From the NCBI GenBank assembly GCA_050012035.1, contig JBEKHY010000019.1, forward strand, positions 971-64,970: a DNA stretch of 64,000 nt, written 5' to 3'. Origin of the DNA: Verrucomicrobiota bacterium. GTDB taxonomy: Bacteria > Verrucomicrobiota > Verrucomicrobiia > Limisphaerales > UBA11358. Shown here piece after piece: positions 45,291-54,438 of this stretch. A program made the position numbers and the translations under genes. Each line of letters starts with the position of its first letter. The first letter of the stretch is position 1. A model generated the notes under the pieces. It ran no database searches. It was not told where the DNA came from and saw only the letters and a program-made list of their open reading frames with translations.

Positions 45291-46733
45291 TCAGTGGCCA
45301 ACGATGACCGCCCACGCCTCCCGAAGCGCATCCGGCAGGCTGTAGAGGTCCATGGCCGTGATAAGGATGGCTGTTCCCCAGCCGGTAATCAACAGGAACC
45401 AGCCGTTCCGCCATTTTCCCATGCGCTGGCGCGAGCTGGTGAATTGCAACAGCGGAAACATCGCGAACGGGAGTTCCAGGCACAGCACAACCTGGCTGAG
45501 GTTGACCAGATCAGTCACGCTGCCATTCCCGCGGACACTGATGATCAGGATCGCCGGCACGACGGCAAGCGTCCGGGTGATCAGCCGCCGGAGCCACGGG
45601 CGGATGCGCCAGTGCATGAATCCTTCCATCACCACCTGTCCGGCGAGCGTGCCGGTGATGGTGCTGCTTTGCCCGCTCGCCAAAAGCGCCACGGCGAACA
45701 AGGTGCTCGCCAGCGTCGTTCCCAGCAGCGGGGCGAGGGTGTAATAGGCGATGCGGATCCAGTCGCTGTCCGGGCTGAAGGTGACGACCTGGCCGCCCGC
45801 CACGGTGATGCTGGTCTTCCCGTAGAACACGATGGCCGCGAGCACCAGGATGGCCGCGTTGACGAAAAACGCGATGGTCAAGGCCATGGTCGTGTCAATC
45901 GTGTTAAACCGGATGGCGCGGCGAATGGACGTTTCATTCTGCTGCAACTGGCGGGTTTGCACCAAAGCCGTGTGGAGGTACAGGTTGTGAGGCATGACGG
46001 TCGCCCCGATGATGCCAATCGCCACCACCAACATGCCGGCCTGCGCAAAGTCGGGTCGCGCCATGGCACGCCCCATTTCCAGGAAATCCGGCCGGGTCTG
46101 GGCCAATCCGAAAAGCTCGATGCCGTAGCAGGTGCCGATGGTCAGCACGAAGACGGCGACCACTGCCTCGATGAGCCTCATGCCGAAACCCTGCAACGCC
46201 AGCAACAGCAGCACGTCGAAGGCAGTGATGATGATCGCCCATTGCATGGGGATGTGGAACAACAGGTTCAAGGCAACCGCGCTGCCCAGCGATTCAGCGA
46301 GGTCGGTCATGCCGATGGCGATTTCCATCGAAAGCCAGTTCGGCCAGCGCGTCCAGCGCGGATACCAGTCGCGGCAGCATTGGGCGAGGTCTTTGCCGGT
46401 CGCCACGCCCAGCCGCGCCGAGATCACCTGCAGGAAGACGGCCATCACGCTGGCGAGGCCGACCACCCAGAGCAGTCCGTATTTGAACTGCGCGCCGCCC
46501 GCCAGATCGGTGCCCCAGTTGCCCGGGTCCATGTAGCCGACGCTCACCAGAATGGCCGGGCCGACAAAGGCCCGCCATTGCGGCCAGAAACCGGCGCGAG
46601 GAGGCGGCACGGGAATCGTGCCGTGCACGCCTTCGAGCGAGAGATGGCCCGGCTCCGTCTCGACCGTGCGCCGGGTTTGATCCATCGAATCGCCCGGCTC
46701 CTTGTCTGGTAAATTCCCCTGGTCCGCAATCAT
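45291..46733 (-). CDS. mntH: Nramp family divalent metal (Mn2+/Fe2+) transporter
   Basis: GPAILVSVGYMDPGNWGTDL signature and ~11 TM segments. Confidence 0.9.
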   Translation of the reverse strand: MIADQGNLPDKEPGDSMDQTRRTVETEPGHLSLEGVHGTIPVPPPRAGFWPQWRAFVGPAILVSVGYMDPGNWGTDLAGGAQFKYGLLWVVGLASVMAVFLQVISARLGVATGKDLAQCCRDWYPRWTRWPNWLSMEIAIGMTDLAESLGSAVALNLLFHIPMQWAIIITAFDVLLLLALQGFGMRLIEAVVAVFVLTIGTCYGIELFGLAQTRPDFLEMGRAMARPDFAQAGMLVVAIGIIGATVMPHNLYLHTALVQTRQLQQNETSIRRAIRFNTIDTTMALTIAFFVNAAILVLAAIVFYGKTSITVAGGQVVTFSPDSDWIRIAYYTLAPLLGTTLASTLFAVALLASGQSSTITGTLAGQVVMEGFMHWRIRPWLRRLITRTLAVVPAILIISVRGNGSVTDLVNLSQVVLCLELPFAMFPLLQFTSSRQRMGKWRNGWFLLITGWGTAILITAMDLYSLPDALREAWAVIVGH

Positions 46734-46737
46734 TTAT

Positions 46738-46755
46738 TTGTAGCCTTAGATACAA
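46738..46755. promoter_or_regulatory. Candidate MntR operator 1 (TTGTAGCCTTAGATACAA)
   Basis: Partial dyad in the mntH/mntR divergent spacer. 15/18 identical to the second copy. Confidence 0.4.
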
Positions 46756-46781
46756 TTGAGGCGGCGGCCTGTCAACCGCAA

Positions 46782-46799
46782 AATGTAGCCTTGGTTACA
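46782..46799. promoter_or_regulatory. Candidate MntR operator 2 (AATGTAGCCTTGGTTACA; core TGTAnCCwwGGnTACA)
   Basis: The core 16-mer is 12/16 self-complementary. It resembles DtxR/MntR-family dyad operators. Confidence 0.4.
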
Positions 46800-46849
46800 A
46801 AATTAAACCTCGACCCAACAGCCGGCTTGGGGTTGATTGTTCCCGGTTT

Positions 46850-47293
46850 ATGCCGCCAACAAACAAATCCGCCGCTGTCCCGCGGCCGCCAGCACAACGG
46901 GCTGAAATCTTCCGCCGTTTGCGCCGCGACCGTGCCGGGGAGATCGCCCAGGATTACGTTGAGGCTATCGCCGACCTTTCGGCTTCGGTGGGTGAGGCGC
47001 GCGTGGTGGACCTGGCGCGGCGGCTGGGCGTGACCCACGTGACGGTGAACCGGACTTTGGCGCGTCTGCAACAGGCCGGTTATGTCAACACCAAGCCTTA
47101 CCGCGCCATTTTCCTCACCGGCACCGGCCACAAACTGGCCAAGGAATCCAAGCGGCGGCATGAGACGGTGGTGGCCTTCCTGCGCTCGCTCGGTGTTTCG
47201 GAAAAAACGTCCGAGATGGACGCCGAAGGAATCGAACACCACGTCAGTCCCGAAACCCTGGCGGCCTTTGAACGATTGTTGAAAAGGCCTTGA
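46850..47293 (+). CDS. mntR: DtxR/MntR family manganese-dependent transcriptional regulator
   Basis: ..EDYVEAIADL....G.ARVVDLARRLGVTHVTVNRTLARL wHTH, plus the metal-binding C-terminal half. Divergent from mntH. Confidence 0.85.
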   Translation: MPPTNKSAAVPRPPAQRAEIFRRLRRDRAGEIAQDYVEAIADLSASVGEARVVDLARRLGVTHVTVNRTLARLQQAGYVNTKPYRAIFLTGTGHKLAKESKRRHETVVAFLRSLGVSEKTSEMDAEGIEHHVSPETLAAFERLLKRP

Positions 47294-47604
47294 TGCGCCC
47301 GCTCGACCTCCAGCCCATTGGGAATGAACTGGCCATTAAATGGGACGATGGCAGCGAGAGTTTTATTCCTTTGGAAAAACTGCGGCGGTGTTGTCCCTGC
47401 GCGGGTTGCCGGGGCGAAGTGGACGTTTTGGGGAAGGTCCATAAAAATCCGGAGCGACCGCCGCCGCCAGCGGCGTTTGAACTGGTTCGCATCGTCGGCG
47501 TGGGCGGTTATGGAATCCAGCCGGTCTGGGCGGATGGGCACACGACGGGGATTTTTTCGTTTGATTACCTGCGGCGAATCGCATTGAAAAACTCAAGTGG
47601 CTGA
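47293..47604 (+). CDS. DUF971 domain-containing protein
   Basis: L.I.W.DG..S......LRR.CPCA.C ... G.YG.Q..W.DGH.TGI.SF..L. The ATG overlaps the mntR TGA by 1 nt. Confidence 0.8.
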   Translation: MRPLDLQPIGNELAIKWDDGSESFIPLEKLRRCCPCAGCRGEVDVLGKVHKNPERPPPPAAFELVRIVGVGGYGIQPVWADGHTTGIFSFDYLRRIALKNSSG

Positions 47605-47613
47605 AAAAGGAAA

Positions 47614-47638
47614 ACGGCGCGTTCAAAGAACGCGCCGT
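47614..47638. terminator. Bidirectional intrinsic terminator between DUF971 (+) and pilQ (-)
   Basis: ACGGCGCGTTC-aaa-GAACGCGCCGT perfect 11-bp stem, flanked by A-runs and T-runs. Confidence 0.7.
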
Positions 47639-47661
47639 GGATTCCTGATTTTTGATCAGGC

Positions 47662-49416
47662 CTAATATTTTTCGCTGATCAACTTTTGATCGGGGTCGGT
47701 GTTTTGGGGATTGCTCCAGTCATACGGCCTGGCGCCTTCCCAAAGAGAGTTGGGATTCACCGGCGATTTTGGTTGGGGCGGTTTGGAACGCAGGAAGTCG
47801 CCCGTCGCCGGTTGGAAATCCTCGTCTTTGACTATGGTCGGCGTGATGAACAGGATCAGGTTCCCCCTGGTAGTGGTTTTTGACTCACTGCGGAATGCAT
47901 ACCCAAGAACGGGAATGTCGCCGAGGAACGGCACCTTGGTGTAGGTCGAGCTGGGGCTGTCCGTGACGAGTCCACCCATGACCAGCGTGTTCGCGTTGGG
48001 GATGATCACCTGGGTATCAATGCTGCGGAAATCAAACACATCGGCGTCGTATTCCAGGCCGCCGACGATCTGCTTCATGGTGCTGAAGAAGCTGGAAACC
48101 TGGGGGACAACTCTGAGCCAGATATAGTCGTTGGCGGAGATGCGGGGCGTAACTTCCAGAATGGTGCCCACGTTGGTGTAGTTAATGGTGGAACCGCCCG
48201 CCGTGTTGGCCGTGCTGGCGGTGACGTTGATCACCGGATAGCCGCGGGTGACGGAGATAACGGCCGGGCTGTTGTCAAGGGTCACCACGCGGGGCACGGA
48301 AATCTGCTGGGCGTTGTACGACGAGTTCAGGAAGGAAATCACAGCGTCCACGCCATCGGCGTTGAGAAAGAACGTTGATGGATTGAAACCATGTTGGGTA
48401 TCCGCCAACAGGCCTGGACTTTGGAGCAGGTTGTTTGGGCCGTAAGTAGTTGTTATTACAGTTCCCAAAGGTGGACCGTTTGAGACCGCGCTGACAGTCT
48501 GCGAGTATGGTTGTCCTGATTGTCCGCCCAAAACATTGTTCCCAAACCTGACATTCTGCGCGCTAAGTGTCTTCGTCCAATCAATGCCCTTGGTCGTGCT
48601 GGGATTACTTGAAATTTCCACCAGGCGGGTTTCGATGAGCACCTGCCGGGTCGGCTTGTCCAGTTGGGCGACCAAGGTGTCCACCGCTGACTGTTCAGGG
48701 TCGGTGGACACCACCACCAGTTGGCTGGTGCGCGCGTCCGGCAACACCCGGCTGCGCCTGTCGGTCAATACCGACTGCACCGCTGCGGTCATGTTGGAGA
48801 CGCTGGAGTATTTGAGCTGGACGACGCGGGTGATGAGCGCCGGCGGCGCCATGGGGTCCTTGGTGGTGATACGGGCAATGTGGGTTTTCTTGTCTTCGAC
48901 TAACTGGAGACCGTAATTGTCCAACAAGGCCAGCAGGGCCTGTTCGGCAGTAATGTTCTCCCAGCGAATGGAGAGGGTGGGTTCGACTTTGATCTGTCCG
49001 TTTTGATCGGGCTGGCCGTAGCCGATTTTGGGATCAAGCAGATAATTGATTCCAGCCTGCCGCGCCAAATTCTCGATGGCGGTGGTCAGGGGAACGTCCT
49101 GGAATTGAATGAGCGGTATGCTCGACACCGGGACTGCGGGCGCATTGGTAGCGGGAGTGGCTGGTCGCTCGCTGGTCACTGCCGCCGTCGGGGTGGTGGC
49201 GGTTTCGGGCGCTGTGGCAGGCGCAGTTTCGTTGCCGCCGGTAGCCGTGGCGGGGGCCGGCGATGGATTGGGCATGCCGGTGTCCACAGCCGCGGGCGGG
49301 TTGGTGGCAGACTCCGTCGCGGGCACCTGGTTTGTTCCAACAGCCTCAGTCTGGGACAAGGCCGATTGCCGCAGAACGAGTCCACCCAGTAGAACGGCGA
49401 TTAGTAGTTTTTTCAT
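47662..49416 (-). CDS. pilQ: Type IV pilus secretin
   Basis: Signal peptide, a Thr/Pro/Ala-rich linker, N-domains, and the C-terminal secretin core ..VPFLGDIPVLGYAFRS......NLILFITPTIV. Confidence 0.85.
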   Translation of the reverse strand: MKKLLIAVLLGGLVLRQSALSQTEAVGTNQVPATESATNPPAAVDTGMPNPSPAPATATGGNETAPATAPETATTPTAAVTSERPATPATNAPAVPVSSIPLIQFQDVPLTTAIENLARQAGINYLLDPKIGYGQPDQNGQIKVEPTLSIRWENITAEQALLALLDNYGLQLVEDKKTHIARITTKDPMAPPALITRVVQLKYSSVSNMTAAVQSVLTDRRSRVLPDARTSQLVVVSTDPEQSAVDTLVAQLDKPTRQVLIETRLVEISSNPSTTKGIDWTKTLSAQNVRFGNNVLGGQSGQPYSQTVSAVSNGPPLGTVITTTYGPNNLLQSPGLLADTQHGFNPSTFFLNADGVDAVISFLNSSYNAQQISVPRVVTLDNSPAVISVTRGYPVINVTASTANTAGGSTINYTNVGTILEVTPRISANDYIWLRVVPQVSSFFSTMKQIVGGLEYDADVFDFRSIDTQVIIPNANTLVMGGLVTDSPSSTYTKVPFLGDIPVLGYAFRSESKTTTRGNLILFITPTIVKDEDFQPATGDFLRSKPPQPKSPVNPNSLWEGARPYDWSNPQNTDPDQKLISEKY

Positions 49417-49485
49417 AACGTTTGTTTGTTTTAGCTCTGTCAGCTCTAACTTATTAATTTACGTTTGATGACGAATGAAGCCATT

Positions 49486-49501
49486 AGCAAATACCAAGCC
49501 A
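49486..49501 (-). promoter_or_regulatory. Candidate sigma-54 (-24/-12) promoter TGGCTTG-GTAT-TTGCT upstream of pilQ
   Basis: The minus-strand reading matches TGGCACG-N4-TTGCW at 10 of 12 defined positions, with GG and GC spaced correctly. It lies ~70 nt upstream of the pilQ ATG in an AT-rich 137-bp spacer. Confidence 0.4.
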
Positions 49502-49553
49502 ATTTTAAATGTCTTTGGTGTGTCTTCTTTCTGAGCAGATGGTGTGCAAGCTT

Positions 49554-49994
49554 TCATGGGTTGTCAGGGGAAGTCAACTCGTGATACTTGCCGCTCACTT
49601 CAATCACCACGGAGTGGGATCTGATTTCAACACAACGAACGTGAATCCGGCCTTGCTCGGTGATGACATCCCCTTCATCGCCAGCGGCAAAGGTGTGGTT
49701 GTTGATGATGACCAGCCGGTGGCCAGGTGTCCCGGAAAAGCCCTTCAAAGTCAGCGCGGTTGCTTCCACACTGTTGGTGGGGGCGGCCATGGTGGTTTCG
49801 TAGGGGCGGTTGGATTTGGGGAAAAACGGGTCGCGGCCTTCCTCGGCGTTTGCCGGAAGAATGAAAACCGAGTGGTGCAGGTTGGTTTTTGCCAGTTGAT
49901 CAGCCGGCGCCGCCCCCGGCGGCGCGGCCCACAGAATCGCCGCCGGCAGCAACACGGCTGTCAGCCATAGGAACTTGAATTTAAACGGTTTCAT
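49554..49994 (-). CDS. Hypothetical secreted protein in the PilP position of the pilMNOPQ operon
   Basis: Signal peptide and small size. It sits between pilO and pilQ, and the C-terminal beta-rich part (LKGFSGTPGHRLVIINNHTFAAGDEG) is PilP-like. Confidence 0.45.
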   Translation of the reverse strand: MKPFKFKFLWLTAVLLPAAILWAAPPGAAPADQLAKTNLHHSVFILPANAEEGRDPFFPKSNRPYETTMAAPTNSVEATALTLKGFSGTPGHRLVIINNHTFAAGDEGDVITEQGRIHVRCVEIRSHSVVIEVSGKYHELTSPDNP

Positions 49995-50006
49995 GGTTCA
50001 TAATGA

Positions 50007-50585
50007 TCAAGAGTTCGGCTTGGCCAAAGCCACAATGTCCATTCTGAAAGACAGTTTTTCATTTCCCAGCCCTGTGATATTGAGGGGCTCAACAGTGAGA
50101 TTGACCACGCGGATGTGAGGAAACGTGTTTTCAAAGTCAGCGATGAATTTTCCCAGATCGTGGTAGTACGCTGTGCCGGAGATGTTCACTTTGATTTGTC
50201 TGTAAGGAAACTGTGGCAGCACGTCCACATCACCCATGGACGGCTGGCCGATGGTGGGGATGTCTACCCGGTGTGTCGCTTTAAATCGGCGGATCGTGTC
50301 ATAAGTCCATGCATAATTATCGCCCGAGGCCACATCCTCCTCCACGCGTGAAAGGTTGGAGGCAGTGACTGACAACTGCGTGCCCGTGTCCCCCAGTTTT
50401 TTGACGGTTTCCCTGATAGTTTGCAATTTGGCCTGCGCATCGCGTTCGGTTTTGTGAATTTTAGAGAGGGCGTTATACTGGGGCCGAATCAAGACAAAGC
50501 CGATCAATCCCAGCACCGCCAACGTGCAAATAATCACGAGGGTGAACTGGGTGCGCTTCTCTCTGTCTTTGGGAAAGATATTCAT
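50007..50585 (-). CDS. pilO: Type IV pilus assembly protein PilO-like
   Basis: Single N-terminal TM, a coiled coil and a ferredoxin-like C-terminus (YHDLGKFIADFEN..P.IRV..L). ATGA overlap with pilN. Confidence 0.7.
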   Translation of the reverse strand: MNIFPKDREKRTQFTLVIICTLAVLGLIGFVLIRPQYNALSKIHKTERDAQAKLQTIRETVKKLGDTGTQLSVTASNLSRVEEDVASGDNYAWTYDTIRRFKATHRVDIPTIGQPSMGDVDVLPQFPYRQIKVNISGTAYYHDLGKFIADFENTFPHIRVVNLTVEPLNITGLGNEKLSFRMDIVALAKPNS

Positions 50586-51253
50586 TGGCTCTGATCAAGG
50601 TAATGGCATTCCAAGGTGAACAAAACATACGGCTTGCCGTCAGGACCCGCCTGCGGGGGCGAAAGACTGGCCAGTCGCACGCTGTTCGTTTTGTCCAGCA
50701 TGGTTTGAAAATAAGGTTGCTGGGCGACGGCGTCTTTAAATTTGTTCACCTCGTCGCCGGGATTGGCACTGGAATCCCTGGCGTCCAGCGTCACCACGAC
50801 TTTTTCCGTGGCAACCGGCGGACGTCCGGTGACAACGCCGAAACGAGTGGTCTGCGACTTCGTGCCTTCGGTGTAGGAATACGTCTGATCCACGCGCAAC
50901 CGGATCAACTGCACTCCCGGCACCGTGGTCCGTTGCAGCGCGTTCAACAAGTTGCCTTGCAGAAAACGGGCGGCGCTCAATTTTTGCAGACTGTCCAGTT
51001 TCCGCTGGCCATCCGTAATTTTCTTCATACTCGCCTGCACCCGGTCGAATTCATTGGTGCGGCTCTGAATCTCGCTCTGCACCTGATTCAGGTCTTTTTT
51101 GGCCAGCATTTCTTTGAGCAGAAGCGAACTGCTCCACACCAAGGACAGCGCCACCAGCAGCGCGCCAACAAAGATAGCGCGTTTGGTCGGGTCGCGCCGG
51201 CGCTGATCCTCGGCGATCAATGCTTCGGCCAGCAAATTGATGCGTATTGGCAT
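50582..51253 (-). CDS. pilN: Type IV pilus assembly protein PilN-like
   Basis: MPIRINLL N-terminal PilM-binding motif, followed by a TM and a coiled coil. Confidence 0.75.
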   Translation of the reverse strand: MPIRINLLAEALIAEDQRRRDPTKRAIFVGALLVALSLVWSSSLLLKEMLAKKDLNQVQSEIQSRTNEFDRVQASMKKITDGQRKLDSLQKLSAARFLQGNLLNALQRTTVPGVQLIRLRVDQTYSYTEGTKSQTTRFGVVTGRPPVATEKVVVTLDARDSSANPGDEVNKFKDAVAQQPYFQTMLDKTNSVRLASLSPPQAGPDGKPYVLFTLECHYLDQSQ

Positions 51254-51271
51254 AAGCTCATTCCATTTACA

Positions 51272-52351
51272 TCACAGGATCACCAGTGCGGCCCCCACCG
51301 CCACCGCCAGTTGCGATCCCACGTGTTCCATTTCCACCGCCTGCTGCCCCGGCAACGCCAGTTGCAGAAAGCCAGTGGGATTCCACGTCTTGCAATCCGC
51401 CAGCATTTCCGTGTGCAACATTTGCAAAATCATTTCCGACCGCGCCGAACCGCCGCTGACAAAAATCTGTGTGACCGGACGGTCCTGTTGATGCTCAAAA
51501 AAATCGAGCGACGCGCGCAATTCGCGTCCGAGCGGCAAAACCTGGGTTTCGAGCGTGGATTGAACTTCAGGTGCCATGCCCACTTTAATGCCCTCGGCCT
51601 CTGCATAACTGATGTTCATCGCTTCCGCCAGCCCCGCCGTCAGTTTGTCCCCACCGATGTTCACCACGCGGGTCAATGCCAACTCGCCGTGGTCCAAAAC
51701 ACAAATGGAACTGTGCTTGAAACCGATGTCCACCAACGCCACGGTTTCGCTGGCAAACACATCCGCCAGGGCCAACTCAAACGCGTTCACCGGGCTGATC
51801 AATCCAAGCGCCAAACAATCCAGCGTCAGACCGGCGGTTTTCGCCGCAGCCTGAAAATCTCCAACCAGTTGCTGCTTCGCCGCCGCCACCAGAACTTTCA
51901 ATTTGGGCAGGCCGGCGGGTTTGGGCGCCTCGGCGGGCTTGTTGCCGGCAGGTGCCTTCGGCGGGAAAACGTAGCAATCAAAAACGTGGTTCGGTAATTC
52001 CTGTTGCAGATATCCCTTCGTGTTGTTCTTTAACACCAGCCGCATTTCATCAACCGGAATCTGCGGCAACTCCACCTGCCGCACGATCGTGTCGTCCAAC
52101 CCCACGGTCAAAGTCAGGCACTTGGTCGTGTTGCCCAGCGCCTCAGACACCTGTTGCAGATGGTCGGACAATAATTCCGGCGACATTTTTTTGTCGTAGA
52201 TCGGCGCATCCAGCAGCGCGTAGCGGGTCAGGGCCAAAACCTCCCCGCGCCGTTCCAGCAGAACGGCCTTGGTCGTGCGGTTTCCTAAATCAACGGCCAT
52301 CATCTGGTTCCGTTTCTGCCTCAGCACACCGCTTAGGAATGACCACGCCAT
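51272..52351 (-). CDS. pilM: Type IV pilus assembly protein PilM (actin-like ATPase fold)
   Basis: AVDLGNRTTKAV...VDIGFKHSSI... two actin-like subdomains. First gene of the operon. Confidence 0.85.
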   Translation of the reverse strand: MAWSFLSGVLRQKRNQMMAVDLGNRTTKAVLLERRGEVLALTRYALLDAPIYDKKMSPELLSDHLQQVSEALGNTTKCLTLTVGLDDTIVRQVELPQIPVDEMRLVLKNNTKGYLQQELPNHVFDCYVFPPKAPAGNKPAEAPKPAGLPKLKVLVAAAKQQLVGDFQAAAKTAGLTLDCLALGLISPVNAFELALADVFASETVALVDIGFKHSSICVLDHGELALTRVVNIGGDKLTAGLAEAMNISYAEAEGIKVGMAPEVQSTLETQVLPLGRELRASLDFFEHQQDRPVTQIFVSGGSARSEMILQMLHTEMLADCKTWNPTGFLQLALPGQQAVEMEHVGSQLAVAVGAALVIL

Positions 52352-52515
52352 GCGATTTTCTTATACGGATGATTGTTATTTGCAAGCAGCAATTCAAGCC
52401 GCTCAACACTTTTTAGCAACCCCCGCGCCAAGCCATTTATTCCGAAAATCCTCCATCACCAACCCGTTTTGTCCCAACTCAAGCCGCGCGTGTCTTGAAA
52501 ACAACCGCTGACCGT

Positions 52516-53388
52516 TCACGACAGTTGCTTCGCGCGCGATTTCATTTCGTCCAGAAAAGCCACCAGCAACGGCGTCGTGCGCCCGCGCCACATCGCGCCA
52601 ATCACCACCGGCGGAAATCCGCGCAACGGCAGGGCGCGCACATTGGACGGCAGCGCTTTCTTCGGTATCGCCACCGATACGCCGATTCCCAGCCCGTTGG
52701 CGACGTACGTTTCCACCAGGTCCACCGAACTCGCCTCAATGCTCGGAAACCAGTCCACGCCGAGTTCGCCGAGTTTTTGCTGGAAATTTTTGCAGAGCGG
52801 CGCGCCCGGCGGCAGGCAGATCAACCGCTCGTCAATCTTGTCGCGCTTCCACAACTGTTCCGCGGAGGTAACCGGGCTGCCGGTCTCCACCAGCAACACC
52901 ATCGGCAACTCCAGCAACGCCAGTGAATGGATGCCCGGGGCGGGTGTTTTCTCGATGAGCGTGACGGCCAGATCAATCTCCTCTTTTTGCAGCAACTCCT
53001 CCAAATGCGCTGGATAGCCCTCGCGCACCGTGATTTTCAAGCCGGGAAATTTCTTTTGCACTCCCCGGAGCAAACCCGGCACGTGATCACGCAAGATAAT
53101 CGTCGAGGCCCCGATGCGAATGTACCGCGCCTGTCCGCCCTGAAATTCGCCGGCGACTTTGTCGAGGTTCGAAAAAAACGGCTGGATGAATTTGTAGAGC
53201 TTTTCGCCCGCCGGCGTCAGCGCGAACGGCCGCCGCTGAAACAGCGTCACGCCGAGAAATTCTTCCAGTTGCGCAACTTGCGCGCTCACCGCCGGCTGCT
53301 GGATGCCGTAGGGAATGCTCCGCACCGCCGGCATGATGCCGCCGTGTCTGGCAACGTAATAGAACAACTCCAAATGGTGAATGTTCAT
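52516..53388 (-). CDS. LysR family transcriptional regulator
   Basis: MNIHHLELFYYVARHGG...A......QPAVSAQVAQLEE.LGV.LF.R HTH and a substrate-binding C-terminus. Confidence 0.9.
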   Translation of the reverse strand: MNIHHLELFYYVARHGGIMPAVRSIPYGIQQPAVSAQVAQLEEFLGVTLFQRRPFALTPAGEKLYKFIQPFFSNLDKVAGEFQGGQARYIRIGASTIILRDHVPGLLRGVQKKFPGLKITVREGYPAHLEELLQKEEIDLAVTLIEKTPAPGIHSLALLELPMVLLVETGSPVTSAEQLWKRDKIDERLICLPPGAPLCKNFQQKLGELGVDWFPSIEASSVDLVETYVANGLGIGVSVAIPKKALPSNVRALPLRGFPPVVIGAMWRGRTTPLLVAFLDEMKSRAKQLS

Positions 53389-53460
53389 TGAGCCAGCCGA
53401 TGTTCGTCACAGTTTTATCAATTAACGCCCCAAGGGCAAGAGGCGATATTCTCCTCCTCG

Positions 53461-53862
53461 ATGCAAATGACCCAACATTCAACTCAACTCAAATCTATGA
53501 AACCATCACTTAAACGACTACTGTTTTGGACACCCAGAATTCTATGTGTTCTGTTTGCCAGCTTTCTGAGCATCTTTGCCGCCGATGTATTTGGTGAAGG
53601 TTACGGCTTCTGGAAAACAATACTGGCTCTGCTGATACACCTAATTCCAACGTGGATCATTCTTGCCGTGCTGGCCATCTCCTGGCGCCGGGAATGGGTA
53701 GGAGGAATCCTGTTCATCGCTCTTGGGGCGTTGTACCTGGTCGAGTTCTGGGGACGGTTTCATTGGTCGGCATACCTGTGCATATCCGGCCCTCTGTTGC
53801 TCCTCGGAGTTTTGTTTTTCCTGAATTGGCTCCATCGAAGAGAACTTCGACCCGGCACTTGA
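53461..53862 (+). CDS. Hypothetical membrane protein
   Basis: Four hydrophobic helices. No family recognised. The start could be 53497. Confidence 0.5.
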   Translation: MQMTQHSTQLKSMKPSLKRLLFWTPRILCVLFASFLSIFAADVFGEGYGFWKTILALLIHLIPTWIILAVLAISWRREWVGGILFIALGALYLVEFWGRFHWSAYLCISGPLLLLGVLFFLNWLHRRELRPGT

Positions 53863-53992
53863 ATTACGGTATTGGAGGGTATGCCTATGACTTGATGGTG
53901 CGCACCATTTTCAGAGACCTGAAATGAACCCCCTTGTCGCTCAAAAATCTCCCAAAGCCGGCTCGATGGCGGAAGCACAGCCGCCAGCGGCT

Positions 53993-54403
53993 TCAGTTCT
54001 TGGCTTCCTTCTTCAAGGACCAATAGCACTCCGCCATCAAAACAAAAAACACCGCGTCGGCCACGCCGAACAGCGCGACGAAGATGACATGGGGGATGTT
54101 GCCCGTCAGCCAGTAGTAAAACGCGGTAACGCTGTAAGCCAGCTTGTAGAGCGTGCCGACGAGAATCAAATCCAGGTTCCGCTGCAGGTCACCGCGCGCA
54201 ATCAGGAAGTAGGCAATGCCAATCACCAGCACGAACACGCCCAGCAACGTGAGATAACCGCCGAAGGCCGGCAGCTTTTCGCGGATGCCCAGCGCGTCAA
54301 AAGCCCTCACCGGGAAAAAGGTGAAGGTGATACCGAGCAGAACGTCGTAAACAGCAGCAATTATGAACAGGCTGCGATAGTACTTTTCTTTGGCGGGACT
54401 CAT
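53993..54403 (-). CDS. Hypothetical 4-TM membrane protein
   Basis: Clear TM periodicity. The overlapping plus-strand ORF 53924-54442 has junk-like composition. Confidence 0.55.
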   Translation of the reverse strand: MSPAKEKYYRSLFIIAAVYDVLLGITFTFFPVRAFDALGIREKLPAFGGYLTLLGVFVLVIGIAYFLIARGDLQRNLDLILVGTLYKLAYSVTAFYYWLTGNIPHVIFVALFGVADAVFFVLMAECYWSLKKEAKN

Positions 54404-54438
54404 GCCTTAGGTTTTAGCACCCAATCCGTTCATCGCAA

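Noticed and set aside
45294-46712. 472-aa plus-strand ORF
   Set aside because: It is antisense to mntH, which has the Nramp DPGN signature and TM periodicity.
609-46799. Shared TGTAGCC half-site between the palindrome upstream of the DinJ gene and the mntH/mntR boxes, taken as evidence for one regulator
   Set aside because: Half-site spacing differs (7 nt versus 2 nt) and the contexts are unrelated. A 7-mer coincidence is plausible in 64 kb.
50585-51997. 470-aa plus-strand ORF
   Set aside because: It is antisense to pilN and pilM. The minus-strand genes have conserved pilus-assembly motifs and operon-type overlaps.
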